NCBI GenBank assembly: GCA_963832165.1
Contig: CAWHTE010000002.1
Coordinates: 192,001-256,000 of the forward strand
Length of the DNA stretch: 64,000 nt
Source of the DNA: an uncultured delta proteobacterium
Lineage (GTDB): Bacteria > Myxococcota_A > UBA9160 > SMWR01
Reading direction: 5' to 3'
Under the pieces are notes generated by a model that saw only the letters and a program-made list of their open reading frames with translations, did no database searches and was not told the origin of the DNA. A program made the translations under genes and the position numbers. Position 1 is the first letter of the stretch, and each line of letters begins with the position of its first letter. Below are positions 29,638-40,384 of the stretch, in pieces.

Positions 29638-30863
29638 GGCGCGCTGCACTCGTACTGGCGCTTGCCGGTGCCGCGGCGCTCCCGGCGGCTGCGCACACGC
29701 GCAGCGTCTCCTACTCGAGCTGGCAGCTCGAAGCGTCGGGGGCCACCGTGCAGGTGCGCATCTCGCTGCTCGAGCTCTCGCGGCTCGCCTTCGATCCGGT
29801 GCTCGACGTCGGAAGCGGGGGCCCGGCCGCGCAGTATCTCGCCTCGCACCTCACGCTCCTCGCTGGCGACGCGGTGTGCAGCACGGCGGAGCCGCCCAGC
29901 GCCGAGTCCGCGCCGATCGGCTGGGCCCACTTCCGCTGGCGGATCGCGTGCAGCTCGAGCGGGCCGCGCTCGCTCGAGAGCCGCGTGTTGCTCGACCGCG
30001 CTCCGTCGCACCTCCACTTCGCGCGCGTCGCGAGCGAAGGCGCGTGCAAGGACGTCGATTGCAAAGACTGGCGCGAGCGCGTGCTCACCGAGGCGGAGCC
30101 GACCTGGGCGCTCGAGACCGCGCGCGGCGCGGGCCCGGTCGACGCAAAGGGAACCACGCTCGCGGGATACGTCGGGCTCGGCATCCTCCACATCACCACG
30201 GGCTGGGATCACCTCGCCTTCGTGCTCGCGCTGCTGCTGCTCGCGCGCCGCCTGCGCGAGGTGGCGGTGCTCGTCACCTCGTTCACCGCGGCGCACAGCG
30301 TGACGCTGGGGCTCGCCGTGCTGGGCCTGGTCCGTCCCGACGGTGCCGCGATCGAAGCGCTGATCGGCTACTCGATCGCGCTCGTCGCGGCCGAGAACGC
30401 ATGGCTGCTCGGCGGGCGCGGCGTGGCGGTGCCCGCGGCGGTCGCACTCGGAACCGGGCTGCTGGCGCTCTTCGCCGCGCTCGGCACCGGATCGGTAGGG
30501 CCGCTCGTGTTCGCAGGGCTCGCGCTGTTCGCGAGCTGCCATTTCGCGCTGCTCGCGCGCGTGGCGCATCCCGCGCGCCTGCGCGCCGCGGTGGCGTTCG
30601 TGTTCGGTCTCGTGCACGGCTTCGGCTTCGCGGGGGTGCTCGCGGAGATGGAGCTGCCCACGTCGCGCCTGGCTCCGGCGCTGTTCGGCTTCAACCTCGG
30701 CGTCGAGCTCGGGCAGCTCGCGGCCGTGGCGTTGGTGTGGCCCGCGCTCGTGGCGATCTCGCGCGCGAGTCCGCAGCGCTTTGGCCCGCGCATCGCCGAG
30801 GTCGGCAGCGCTGCGGTCTGCGGGCTCGGACTGTTCTGGCTCGTGACCCGCGCATTCGGGTGA
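29634..30863 (+). CDS. HupE/UreJ family protein
   Basis: Signal ending AAAH; LGILHITTGWDHLAF, FTAAHSVTL, FGLVHGFGFA, FNLGVELGQ. Confidence 0.9.
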   Translation: MRRAALVLALAGAAALPAAAHTRSVSYSSWQLEASGATVQVRISLLELSRLAFDPVLDVGSGGPAAQYLASHLTLLAGDAVCSTAEPPSAESAPIGWAHFRWRIACSSSGPRSLESRVLLDRAPSHLHFARVASEGACKDVDCKDWRERVLTEAEPTWALETARGAGPVDAKGTTLAGYVGLGILHITTGWDHLAFVLALLLLARRLREVAVLVTSFTAAHSVTLGLAVLGLVRPDGAAIEALIGYSIALVAAENAWLLGGRGVAVPAAVALGTGLLALFAALGTGSVGPLVFAGLALFASCHFALLARVAHPARLRAAVAFVFGLVHGFGFAGVLAEMELPTSRLAPALFGFNLGVELGQLAAVALVWPALVAISRASPQRFGPRIAEVGSAAVCGLGLFWLVTRAFG

Positions 30864-30868
30864 GCCCG

Positions 30869-31771
30869 TCAGATCCGCTGCAACCACTCTGCGATCGCGC
30901 GGCCGATCTCGTCGGGTGAATCTTCCTGGATGAAGTGCGAGCCGCGCACGCGCACCTCGGTCTGGTTCGGAAACGAGCGACAGAACTCGCGCTGGGCGCC
31001 GATCAGGATCGCGCCCGGATCCGCATCGATGAACAGCTTCGGCACGTCGCAGCGAGCGAGCCAATCGGCGTAGCTCTGCACGATCGCGACGACGTCGGCG
31101 GGCTCACCGTCGAGCGGGATCTGGCGCGGCCACGAGAGCGTCGGGCGCCGGTCCTCACCCGGAGTGCGGAACGGTCGCCGGTAGACCTCCATCTCCGCGT
31201 CGCCGAGCACGCGCAGCACGGAGGACGGAAGCACCCGTTCGATGAACAGGTTGTGCTCGAGCACCATCGCCTCGCCGGCCGGCGAGCGGAAGCCCTCGAA
31301 CACCTTGCGCGCGGCTTCGGGCCACTCGCCCCAGCGCAGCGGGCACACGATCGCCTCCATGTACGCGATGCCGCGCAGCGCGTCCGGATGGCGCCGCGCC
31401 CAGTCGAAGCCGAGCGCCGAGCCCCAGTCGTGAATCACCAGCGTGACGTTCTCGCGAACCCCGAGCTGCTCGAGCAGCGCGTCGAAATAACGCCGGTGCT
31501 CGACGAACGTGTAGCGGTCGGGTCCGCTGCCCGGAAGCTTGGCCGAGTCGCCCATTCCGATCAGATCGGGCGCGATGCAGCGGCCCAGGCCTGCCAGGTG
31601 CGGGATCACGTTGCGCCACAGATACGACGAGGTGGGGTTGCCGTGCTGGAACACGATCGGATCGCCGCTGCCGACCTCGACGTACGCCATCTCCAGCCCG
31701 AGCACCGACGCGCGCCGCTTCGGGTAGCGCTCGTCGGACGGGATCGCCGTGGCCGGGTCCGCCATCTCCAT
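30869..31771 (-). CDS. Haloalkane dehalogenase (LinB/DhaA-type)
   Basis: [42 protein letters not shown]. Confidence 0.93.
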   Translation of the reverse strand: MEMADPATAIPSDERYPKRRASVLGLEMAYVEVGSGDPIVFQHGNPTSSYLWRNVIPHLAGLGRCIAPDLIGMGDSAKLPGSGPDRYTFVEHRRYFDALLEQLGVRENVTLVIHDWGSALGFDWARRHPDALRGIAYMEAIVCPLRWGEWPEAARKVFEGFRSPAGEAMVLEHNLFIERVLPSSVLRVLGDAEMEVYRRPFRTPGEDRRPTLSWPRQIPLDGEPADVVAIVQSYADWLARCDVPKLFIDADPGAILIGAQREFCRSFPNQTEVRVRGSHFIQEDSPDEIGRAIAEWLQRI

Positions 31772-32446
31772 CTAGGACGGCATCAGCCTCTGCGCGCACT
31801 CGGGACAGATGCCGTGCGTGAGCTGAACGCCGGAGTGGTCGCGCATGAAGGCATCGAGCTGCTGCCAGTATCCCTTGTCGTCGCGCACCGCTTTGCAGTG
31901 AGAGCAGATCGGGATCAACCCGGAGAGCACCTTCACGCGGTCGAGCGCGGCCTGCAGCTCGCGGATCAGGCGCTCGCGTTCGTCCTCGGAGCGCACGCGT
32001 TCGGTGATGTCGAGCGCCACGCCGACCACGCCGCGGATCGCCTGGCTCGCGTCGCGCATCGGCTCGACGTGCGCGCGTAACAGGCGCGACTCGCCGTCCA
32101 TCTCCACCCACACCTCGAAGTTGCGCGATTCGCCCTCGAGCGCGGCGCTGTGCGCCTGGATCGACGGGTGCTCGGGATTGCTGTGGCTGAAGAGCTCCAC
32201 GACGCTCACACCCATACCCGGGTCGACGTCGAACCCGACGAGACCCCTTCGCTCCGGTTGCATCCAGGTGATGCGCAGATTCTCGTCGGTGGCCCACAGA
32301 AAGGCGGGAAGCTGTTCGAGCAGCGGGCGCACGCGCGCGAGGTCGGTGTCGCGGTGGCGGTCGTACTGGGCGAGCCGGGTGCGCAGCTCCCGAACTTCCG
32401 CGATCAGCTCGCGCTTCGATCGCCGATCGTCATCGCTCGCCTCCAC
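31772..32446 (-). CDS. PAS-domain protein with C-terminal four-Cys domain
   Basis: PAS/PAC ending DITER, coiled coil, LIPICSHCK...HGICPEC. Confidence 0.85.
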   Translation of the reverse strand: MEASDDDRRSKRELIAEVRELRTRLAQYDRHRDTDLARVRPLLEQLPAFLWATDENLRITWMQPERRGLVGFDVDPGMGVSVVELFSHSNPEHPSIQAHSAALEGESRNFEVWVEMDGESRLLRAHVEPMRDASQAIRGVVGVALDITERVRSEDERERLIRELQAALDRVKVLSGLIPICSHCKAVRDDKGYWQQLDAFMRDHSGVQLTHGICPECAQRLMPS

Positions 32447-32502
32447 GCCGGCCGCCTCCGCACGAGCTGCTAATGCATCGCGCCCATTCTCACCCGCCCG
32501 CG

Positions 32503-33909
32503 TCAGCGCTTCAAGATGTCAGTGACCGTGCCCGCCGCCACTTCACCTGCGAGACCGACCGTTTCGGAGAGGCTCGGATGGGGGTGGACCGTGAGCGCGA
32601 CGTCCCAGACGTCCGCTCCGAGCTCGATCGCGAGCGCGAGCTCCGCGATCAGCTCGCCCGCGTGCACACCGACGATCCCGCCGCCGAGGATCCGCCGCGA
32701 TTCGGGCTCGAAGAGTAGTTTCGTCAGCCCTTCGCTGCGCGCGATCCCGAGCGCGCGCCCGCTAGCGGCCCACGGGTAGACCGCTTTCTCGAACGCGATG
32801 CCGCGCTGCGCCGCCTCGGACTCGGTGAGCCCGACCCACGCCACCTCGGGGTCGGTGTAGGCGACCGACGGGATCGCGTGCACGTCGAACGCGGAGCGGA
32901 GGCCGGCCACCACTTCAGCAGCGACCTTGCCCTCGTGCATCGCCTTGTGCGCGAGCATCGGCCCGCCGCACAGATCCCCGATCGCGTAGATGTTCGGGAC
33001 GTTGGTGCGCTGCTGGCCATCGACGGGCACGAAGCCGCGCTCATCGACGCGCACACCCGCGGCCTCGGCGCCGATCCCGTCGCCATTCGGCCGCCGGCCG
33101 ACCGCCACGAGCACCCGGTCGAATACCGTTTCCGCGGGCGCATTCTGCCCCTCGAAGCGCACGCGCAGCCCGTCGGGCTCGGCGCGTACCTCGCTGACCT
33201 TGGTCTGGAGATGGATGCCCGCATAGCGCTGCGCGATGCGCCGCTGCAGCGGGCGCACGAGGTCCGGATCGACACCCGTGAGCAGCGCGGGCAGGAGCTC
33301 CACCACGGTGACCGCGCTGCCGAGCGCGTGGTACACGGCGGCCATCTCGAGACCGATGATGCCGCCGCCGATCACGAGCAGGCGGCCCACCTCGTCCACT
33401 TCGAGCGCGGAGGTCGAGTCGAGAATGCGCGGGTCGTCGGGCAGGTTCGGCAGCGTGGCGTTGCGCGAGCCCGCGGCGAGGATCGCCGCATCGAACGAGA
33501 TGCTCCGCACGCCCGCGGCCGTCTCTATCTCGACGTGGTTCGGCGACGCGAGCTGCGCGGCTCCGGTCACCACCTCCACCTTGCGCTGCTTCGCGAGCTG
33601 GCCGAGCCCGCCGGTCAGCTTCTTCACCACGGCATCCTTGTGCGCGCGCAGCTTGACGAAGTCGAGCACGGGAGCGCCGAAGGCGACACCGTGGTCCGCG
33701 AGCGCGGCCGCTTCGCCGATCGTGAACGCCACGTGCAGGAGCGCCTTCGACGGGATGCATCCGACGTTCAGGCAGACGCCGCCGAGCGCGGGGTAGCGCT
33801 CGACGAGCACTACCCGCTTGCCGAGGTCTGCGGCGCGAAACGCAGCGGTGTAGCCCCCGGGACCCCCGCCGAGCACCAGCACCTCGGTATCGTGCGCTGC
33901 GCTCTCCAC
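32503..33909 (-). CDS. lpdA: Dihydrolipoyl dehydrogenase (E3)
   Basis: GGGPGGY, GGVCLNVGCIPSKALL, HPHPSLSE. Confidence 0.96.
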   Translation of the reverse strand: MESAAHDTEVLVLGGGPGGYTAAFRAADLGKRVVLVERYPALGGVCLNVGCIPSKALLHVAFTIGEAAALADHGVAFGAPVLDFVKLRAHKDAVVKKLTGGLGQLAKQRKVEVVTGAAQLASPNHVEIETAAGVRSISFDAAILAAGSRNATLPNLPDDPRILDSTSALEVDEVGRLLVIGGGIIGLEMAAVYHALGSAVTVVELLPALLTGVDPDLVRPLQRRIAQRYAGIHLQTKVSEVRAEPDGLRVRFEGQNAPAETVFDRVLVAVGRRPNGDGIGAEAAGVRVDERGFVPVDGQQRTNVPNIYAIGDLCGGPMLAHKAMHEGKVAAEVVAGLRSAFDVHAIPSVAYTDPEVAWVGLTESEAAQRGIAFEKAVYPWAASGRALGIARSEGLTKLLFEPESRRILGGGIVGVHAGELIAELALAIELGADVWDVALTVHPHPSLSETVGLAGEVAAGTVTDILKR

Positions 33910-33918
33910 CCTCGGCGC

Positions 33919-35351
33919 CTAGAGGATCAGCCGGCGCAGGTCGGAGAGCAGCTCCGACAGACGCGTGGTGAAACGCGCGGCGTCTGCGCCGTCGATCACG
34001 CGGTGATCGTAGGAGAGCGAGAGCGGCAGGATCAGGCGAGGCACGAACGAGCCGTCGCGGTGCACGGGCTGCCAGCTCATCTTGCCGACGCCGAGGATCG
34101 CCACTTCGGGGTGGTTGACGATCGGGGTGAAGAAGGTGCCGCCGATCCCGCCCAGGCTCGAGATCGAGAACGATGCACCCTGCAGATCGCCCGGCGCGAG
34201 CTTGCGCCCGCGCGCGCGCGCAGAGATGTCCATGAGCTCCGCGGCGATCTCGTACAGGCCCTTGCGATCGGCGTCGCGAACCACGGGCACCACGAGTCCA
34301 TTCTCGGTGTCGACGGCCACGCCCACGTGGTAGTAGCGCTTCAGGATCAGGTTCTCGCCCGTGTGGTCGAGCGACGCGTTGAACCGCGGCTGCTCCTTGA
34401 GCGCGTAGGCGCACGCCTTGATCACGAACGGAAGGAACGTGAGCTTGACCTCGCGCGACTCCGCTTCCGGCTTCATCTGCTTGCGGAACTCGTCGAGGTC
34501 GGTGATGTCGGCCTCGTCGTGCTGTGTGACGTGCGGGATCGTCACCCAGCTTCGGTGCAGATTCGCCGCGGAGAGCTTGCGGATGCGATGGAGCGGCTCG
34601 ATCTCGGTGGGGCCGAACTTCGCGAAGTCGATCTGCGGCGGCGCGGACACCGAGACGCCCGCGATCGGTACGCCCGCCGCGGTGCCTTTCTCGATCATGC
34701 TCTTCACGTAGCGGCGCACATCGTCGGGCGTGATGCGCGCCTTCGGCCCGGTGCCGGGCACCAGCCGCAGATCGACGCCCATCTCGCGCGCGACGCGTCG
34801 CACCGACGGGCTCGCGTGCGCAAGGATCGCGGCGCCCTGTGCGGGAGCTGCCTCGGGTTCGGCGAATTCGGGTTCGGTGGCCTCGGGTTCGATCGGCGCG
34901 GGCGCCCGCACCGCGGGAGCGGCTGCGGCGGGCGCGGCGGCGGCTCCGGCGCACGCGGCGCTTCCGCGGGTTTGGCGGCGGGCGCCTCTGCGGGCTTGGC
35001 GGGCGCCTCCGCGGGTTTGGCCGGCGCCGCGGTCTTGGCGGGCGCCTCCGCAGGTTGGGCCGGTGCCGCGGTCTTGGCGGGCGCAGGCGGTGCCTCCTGC
35101 GCTTCCTCCTCGTCGGCTTCGATGATCGCGATCAGCGAGCCCTGGTTCACGTGGTCGCCCACGGAGACCTTCATCTCGGCGATCACGCCCGCGACCGGCG
35201 ACGGGATCTCCATGCTCGCCTTGTCGGTCTCGAGCACGATCAGCGACTGCTCGGCCGTCACCCGCTGGCCCTTCGAAACGAGCACCTCGGCGACGTCGAC
35301 GTCGGAGAAGTCGCCGATGTCGGGGAGCAGGATCTCCTGCTTCTTGCCCAT
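33919..35351 (-). CDS. aceF: Dihydrolipoyllysine acetyltransferase (PDH E2), one frameshift in the linker
   Basis: Lipoyl ETDKASMEIPS, Ala/Pro linker, frame change near 34945-34965, HASPSVRR, SYDHRVIDG. Confidence 0.92.
34960..35095 (-). repeat. Low-complexity tandem repeats of the AceF linker
   Basis: Repeated PAKTAA / PAKPAEA units. Confidence 0.75.
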
Positions 35352-35352
35352 C

Positions 35353-38014
35353 TCACGACCTCGCGGGCGCAGGCTTGCCGGGATCGATCCCGTACTTCTC
35401 GATCGCCTTCGTCACCGTCGAGGGCGGAACCTCTCCGTCGTCCATGAGCGCCTTCAGCGCCGCGAGCGCGACGTAGTAGCGGTTCACCTCGAAGAAGTGG
35501 CGCAGCTGCTCGCGCGTGTCGGAGCGGCCGAAGCCGTCGGTGCCGAGCACGACGTAGCGTCCGGGCACGAACGCGCGGATCTGGTCGGCGTGCACCTTCA
35601 TGTAGTCGGTCGCGGCGATCACGGGACCGCGCCGCGGCGCGAGCTCGCGCGACACCACGGGACTGCGCGGAGCGTCGGCGGGGTGCATCAGGTTCCAGCG
35701 CTCGGTGAGCAGCCCCTCGCGCCGCAGCTCGTTGAAGCTCGTCACGCTCCACACGTCGGCCTCGACGCTCCAGTCGTTGCGCAGGAGCTCCGCGGCCGCG
35801 CGAACCTCGCGCAGGATCGCGCCGCTCCCGAGCAGCTGAACGCGCGGCTGCGCACCCGCGGTGCCCTCCTCGAGCAGGTACATGCCGCGCACGATCCCCT
35901 CGCGCACGCCCTCGGGCATCGGCGGCTGCTCGTAGTTCTCGTTCAGCACCGTGATGTAGTAGAAGACGTCTTCCTGATCCGTGAGCATGCGGCGCAGGCC
36001 GTCCTGGATGATCACGGCGAGCTCGTAGGCATAGGTGGGGTCGTAGGCGACACAGTTCGGGATCGTCGACGCGATCAGGTGGCTGTGCCCGTCCTGGTGC
36101 TGGAGCCCTTCGCCCGCGAGCGTGGTGCGGCCCGAGGTGCCGCCGAGCAGGAAGCCGCGCGTACGCGAGTCGCCCGCGGCCCAGGCGAGGTCGCCGATGC
36201 GCTGGAACCCGAACATCGAGTAGAAGATGAAGAACGGGATCAGCTGCACGCCGTGGTTGGCGTAGGCGGTGCCCGCGGCGAGCCACGACGAGAACGCGCC
36301 GGCCTCGTTGATGCCCTCCTGGAGGATCTGTCCCTCGCGATCCTCGCGGTAGTACATCACCTGTTCGTGATCGACGGGCTCGTAGAGCTGGCCCTCGCAC
36401 GCGTAGATGCCGAGCTGGCGGAACAGGCCCTCCATGCCAAACGTGCGCGCCTCGTCGGCGACGATCGGAACCACGCGCTTGCCGAGCTCCGGATGTCGCG
36501 AGAGCGTGGTGAGGATGCGCACGAACGCCATCGTGGTGGAGATTTCGCGCTCGCCCGATCCCTTGAGCGCGGCGTCGAACGTCTCGAGCGGCGGTGCCTC
36601 GAGCGGCTGCGTGCGCGCCGTGCGCGCGGGCAGGTAGCCGCCGAGCGCCTGGCGGCGCTCGTGCATGTAGCGGATCTCGGGACTGTCCTCGGCGGGCTTG
36701 TAGAACGGCGCCTCGGCGATGCGATCGTCCGGAATCGGAATGCGATAGCGATCGCGGAACACGCGCAGCGCGTTCTCGCCCATCTTCTTCTGCGAATGGG
36801 TGATGTTCTGGCCCTCGCCGGCCTCGCCCATCCCATAGCCCTTCACGGTCTTGGCGAGGATCACCGTGGGCTGGCCGACGTGCTCCGTCGCCGCGGCGTA
36901 GGCCGCGTAGACCTTCTGCGGGTCGTGGCCGCCGCGGTTGAGCTGCCAGATATCGTCGTCGGTCATGTTGGCGACCATCTCGAGCAGCTCCGGGTACTTC
37001 CCGAAGAAGTGCTGCCGCGTGTAGGCGCCGCCACGCACCTTGTAGTTCTGGTAGTCGCCGTCGACGGCCTCTTCCATGCGCTTGAGCAGGAGGCCCTTGC
37101 GGTCGCGCGCGAGCAGCGGGTCCCAGCGGTCGCCCCAGATCACCTTGATCACGTTCCAGCCCGCGCCGCGGAACGTGCCCTCGAGCTCCTGGATGATCTT
37201 GCCGTTTCCGCGCACGGGGCCGTCGAGGCGCTGCAAATTGCAGTTCACGACGAAGATCAGGTTGTCGAGCTTCTCGCGCGCGGCGAGGCCGATCGCGCCG
37301 AGCGACTCGGGCTCGTCCATCTCGCCGTCGCCCATGAACGCCCATACCTTGCGCTCGTTCGCGTCGATCAGGCCGCGGTGCTCGAGGTACTTCATGAGCC
37401 GCGCCTGGTAGATCGCCATGATCGGACCCAGGCCCATCGACACGGTCGGGAACTGCCAGAAGTCGGGCATCAGCCACGGGTGCGGGTAGGAGGAGAGCCC
37501 GCGCGCGCCGACCTCCTGGCGGAAGCGGTGCATCTGCTGCTCGCTGATCCGCCCTTCGAGGAACGCGCGCGCGTAGAAGCCCGGCGAGCTGTGGCCCTGG
37601 ATGTAGAGCAGGTCGCCCATGAAGTCTTCGGTGGGCGCGTGGAAGAAGTGGTTGAAGCCGACGTCGTAGATGCGTCGCCGCGCTCGCGAAGCTCGCGATG
37701 TGCCCGCCGAGCCCTTCGTGTTCGCGGTTGGTCTGCACCACGAGCGCGAGCGCGTTCCAGCGGATGATCGAGCGGATGCGGTGCTCGAGGCCCGGCTCGC
37801 CCGGCGCCACCTTCTCGTCGTTCACGTGGATCGTGTTGAGATAGGCGGTGGTGGCCTTGTGCGGCAGGTGTGCGCCCGATCGGCGCGCCTTGTCGATCAG
37901 CTGCTCGATCAGGAAGTGCACGCGCTGCGTGCCCTCGCGCTGGAGGGCCGACTCGAGCGCGTCGAGCCACTCCTGGGTTTCCTGGGGATCGCTGTCGTGA
38001 GGCAGATCGGCCAT
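35353..38014 (-). CDS. aceE: Pyruvate dehydrogenase E1 (homodimeric), one frameshift near 37671
   Basis: DPQETQEWLDAL...GGHIASFASAAT / YDVGFNHFF...QGHSSPG, GDGEMDEPES, GEGLQHQDG, LGTDGFGRSD. Confidence 0.94.
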
Positions 38015-38982
38015 CAGAGGTCTCGCGCTGCGGCTGCGGTGCGGGCGGCCCGCAGCTGCTGGAAATCTGCATCGGCATGGTAGGACGAGCGCGTGAGCGG
38101 AGAAGACGACACGAGCAGGAAGCCGCGCGCGAGCGCCTGCTCGCGATGGCTCGCGAACTCCGCGGGGTCGGCATAGCGCGCGACGGGTGCGTGGCGCGGG
38201 GTCGGGCGCAGGTACTGCCCGATCGTGAGGAAGTCGACGTCGGCTTCGCGCAACGCATCCATCACCGCGAGCACCTCGTCCGGCGCTTCTCCCAAGCCCA
38301 GCATGAGACCGGATTTCGTGAACGCGGCGGGCTCGCACCGCTTGACGCGGCGCAGCAGGTCGACCGAGTGCGTGAAGCTCGCGCCGGGGCGGATCTGGCG
38401 ATAGAGCCGCGGCACGGTCTCGACGTTGTGGTTGTAGACGTCGGGTCGCGCGGCTGCGACGCGCTCGATCGCGCCTTCCTTGTGCCGGAAGTCCGGCGTG
38501 AGGATCTCGATCGTGGTGTGGGGACAGCGCGCGCGAATGTGCTCGATGCAGCGCACGAAGTGCTGTGCGCCGCCGTCCTCGAGGTCGTCGCGGTCGACCG
38601 ACGTGATCACGACGTGGCGCAGGCCGAGCTCGGCGACAGCATCCGCGAGCCGCGCGGGCTCGTCCGGATCGACGCGGTCGGGCAGGCCCGTGGCGACGTT
38701 GCAGAACGCGCACGCGCGCGTGCACACGGTGCCGAGCACCATCACCGTCGCGTGTCGCTGCGACCAGCACTCGTGCAGGTTCGGGCACGCGGCCTCCTCA
38801 CAGACCGTGCCGAGCTTCCGGCCGCGCAGGATCGCGCGCGTGCGGAGCAGCTCGGGTGTCTCGCGCACGTGCACGCGAAGCCACGGGGGCTTGGGCAGCG
38901 GGGCGTCGCCCGCAAGTCGTGCGGAGCGAGCCGAAGGCGAGCGAAGGCCATCGGATCCGGCAGGAGACGGGCTGCGGGCCAT
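38014..38982 (-). CDS. lipA: Lipoyl synthase
   Basis: [35 protein letters not shown]. Confidence 0.96.
   Translation of the reverse strand: MARSPSPAGSDGLRSPSARSARLAGDAPLPKPPWLRVHVRETPELLRTRAILRGRKLGTVCEEAACPNLHECWSQRHATVMVLGTVCTRACAFCNVATGLPDRVDPDEPARLADAVAELGLRHVVITSVDRDDLEDGGAQHFVRCIEHIRARCPHTTIEILTPDFRHKEGAIERVAAARPDVYNHNVETVPRLYRQIRPGASFTHSVDLLRRVKRCEPAAFTKSGLMLGLGEAPDEVLAVMDALREADVDFLTIGQYLRPTPRHAPVARYADPAEFASHREQALARGFLLVSSSPLTRSSYHADADFQQLRAARTAAAARDL
38912..38952 (-). repeat. Dispersed 41-bp element, copy 3, in the LipA N-terminal extension
   Basis: Reverse complement GATGGCCTTCGCTCGCCTTCGGCTCGCTCCGCACGACTTGC, 38/41 identical to copy 2; encodes [14 protein letters not shown]. Confidence 0.9.
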
Positions 38983-39037
38983 GACTTCCGGTCAGTGTTC
39001 CGGCGCAGCCACACGGAGTCAAGCGATCGCGCCCGCG

Positions 39038-40384
39038 TCAGAACGCGATGCGCGCGATCGTCGAGAACGAGCAGTAGTAGAGATCATTGGACCAGCCCGG
39101 CGCGGGAAACACCACGGACTGGAACAGGGTCGGAACCGACGCGCGCGCTCTCTCTTCGCCGGTCGCGATGTCGAGCAGCACCACGTCCTCGGCGGTCGCG
39201 CGCGCGAGTCGCCGCCGCACGGCGGGATGGGTCGCAATCGGTGCGAGCCAGCGCGACACGGCGCGAAACGCGCGCGTGCGGAACAGCGCGGGCGCGTGGA
39301 AGTCGTAGGCGACGAGCGTCCCGGTGTCCGGGAATCGGATCAGGTGCCCCGCGGTGGCGAGCGGCCGCTTCCAGAGCGGCTCGAGCGCTCCCGACTCGGT
39401 GTGACGCCACGCCGCGATCACGCCGTTGCCCGAGTCGTAGGCGACGGCGATCCGACGCGCGGGATCGTAGACCGGGGGATTGGTACACGTGCCGTACGCG
39501 ATCCCGGAGATTTCGACGGAATCGTGATCCCGGGCGTCCGCCAGCGAGACGCGGTAGAGCCGGATCGCGCGTCTCGCGATGCCCGCGCCTAGCATGGTTC
39601 CCGTGTAATCGTGCTCACCCTGGTCCATGAACCAGGCGTGACCTCCCTCGAGCACGACGTCCCAGCCATAGCTCTGATCGGAGTGCTCGCGATAGCGGTG
39701 GCTCCACGACCGATCGCGCACGAGAGCACGACCGTCCCAGGCGAGCCGGAACAGCGTGTGATCGCCGAGCGCATAGATCGAGTTGCCGTCCCCGGACAGC
39801 CGCGCGATCGAGGGCTCGGGCAGCGGCACGGGCGCGCAGGCGGGCTCGAGCGACTCGGGATCGAGCACGGAGAGCAGCGCCGGCTCGCGCGTCGCGTGAT
39901 CGAAGTCCTTGGTGACGATCAGACCGCAGTCGAGCAGCACGAACGAGTTGTAGGGTCGCGCGCGCGGCAGCGCGTGGCTCCGAAGCGGCGCGAGATCCGC
40001 GCTCAGGCGGTGCGCGTGGCGCCCGAACACCACGTAGAGCGATCCGTTCGCGTGGCAGGCCATGCCGCCGGGCCAGAACGGGCCGGCGGCGAGATCGGGC
40101 GAGCGCGCGAGCGTCGAGAGCGTCTCTGGATCGAGCCGCTCGACCCAGGCGATGCAGGGCTGCCCGGGTCGGGTCGGCATCGTATGGCGCAGCGCGAACA
40201 GCTCACCGGGCTCGCGCAGCACGAGCATGGTCGCACCGAACGCGTCGCGGTGTGTGACGGTCGGCGCGCGATCCCCGGCGCACACGACTCCCGCGATTCC
40301 GACGGGCGCCTGCGAGCGCCGCGGCCCTCCATCCTCCGCTGGCCAGGGGCTCTTCCAATAGCTCGCGGCGTCGCGTTCGCTCAC
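39038..40384 (-). CDS. Hypothetical protein (possible beta-propeller)
   Basis: GTGA overlap with the upstream gene; 448 aa of coding-like composition; no family recognised. Confidence 0.7.
   Translation of the reverse strand: MSERDAASYWKSPWPAEDGGPRRSQAPVGIAGVVCAGDRAPTVTHRDAFGATMLVLREPGELFALRHTMPTRPGQPCIAWVERLDPETLSTLARSPDLAAGPFWPGGMACHANGSLYVVFGRHAHRLSADLAPLRSHALPRARPYNSFVLLDCGLIVTKDFDHATREPALLSVLDPESLEPACAPVPLPEPSIARLSGDGNSIYALGDHTLFRLAWDGRALVRDRSWSHRYREHSDQSYGWDVVLEGGHAWFMDQGEHDYTGTMLGAGIARRAIRLYRVSLADARDHDSVEISGIAYGTCTNPPVYDPARRIAVAYDSGNGVIAAWRHTESGALEPLWKRPLATAGHLIRFPDTGTLVAYDFHAPALFRTRAFRAVSRWLAPIATHPAVRRRLARATAEDVVLLDIATGEERARASVPTLFQSVVFPAPGWSNDLYYCSFSTIARIAF

Noticed and set aside
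34960..35095. Tandem repeat as a novel element
   Set aside because: Ordinary Ala/Pro/Lys linker of PDH E2
37665..37680. Programmed frameshift in aceE
   Set aside because: No slippery heptamer; the shift falls inside a conserved motif, and similar indels occur elsewhere in the window
32878..37767. 1629-aa plus-strand ORF and many other long overlapping ORFs
   Set aside because: Antisense or off-frame shadows of real genes; stop codons are scarce at this GC content, and the translations are Arg/Ala-rich with no motifs
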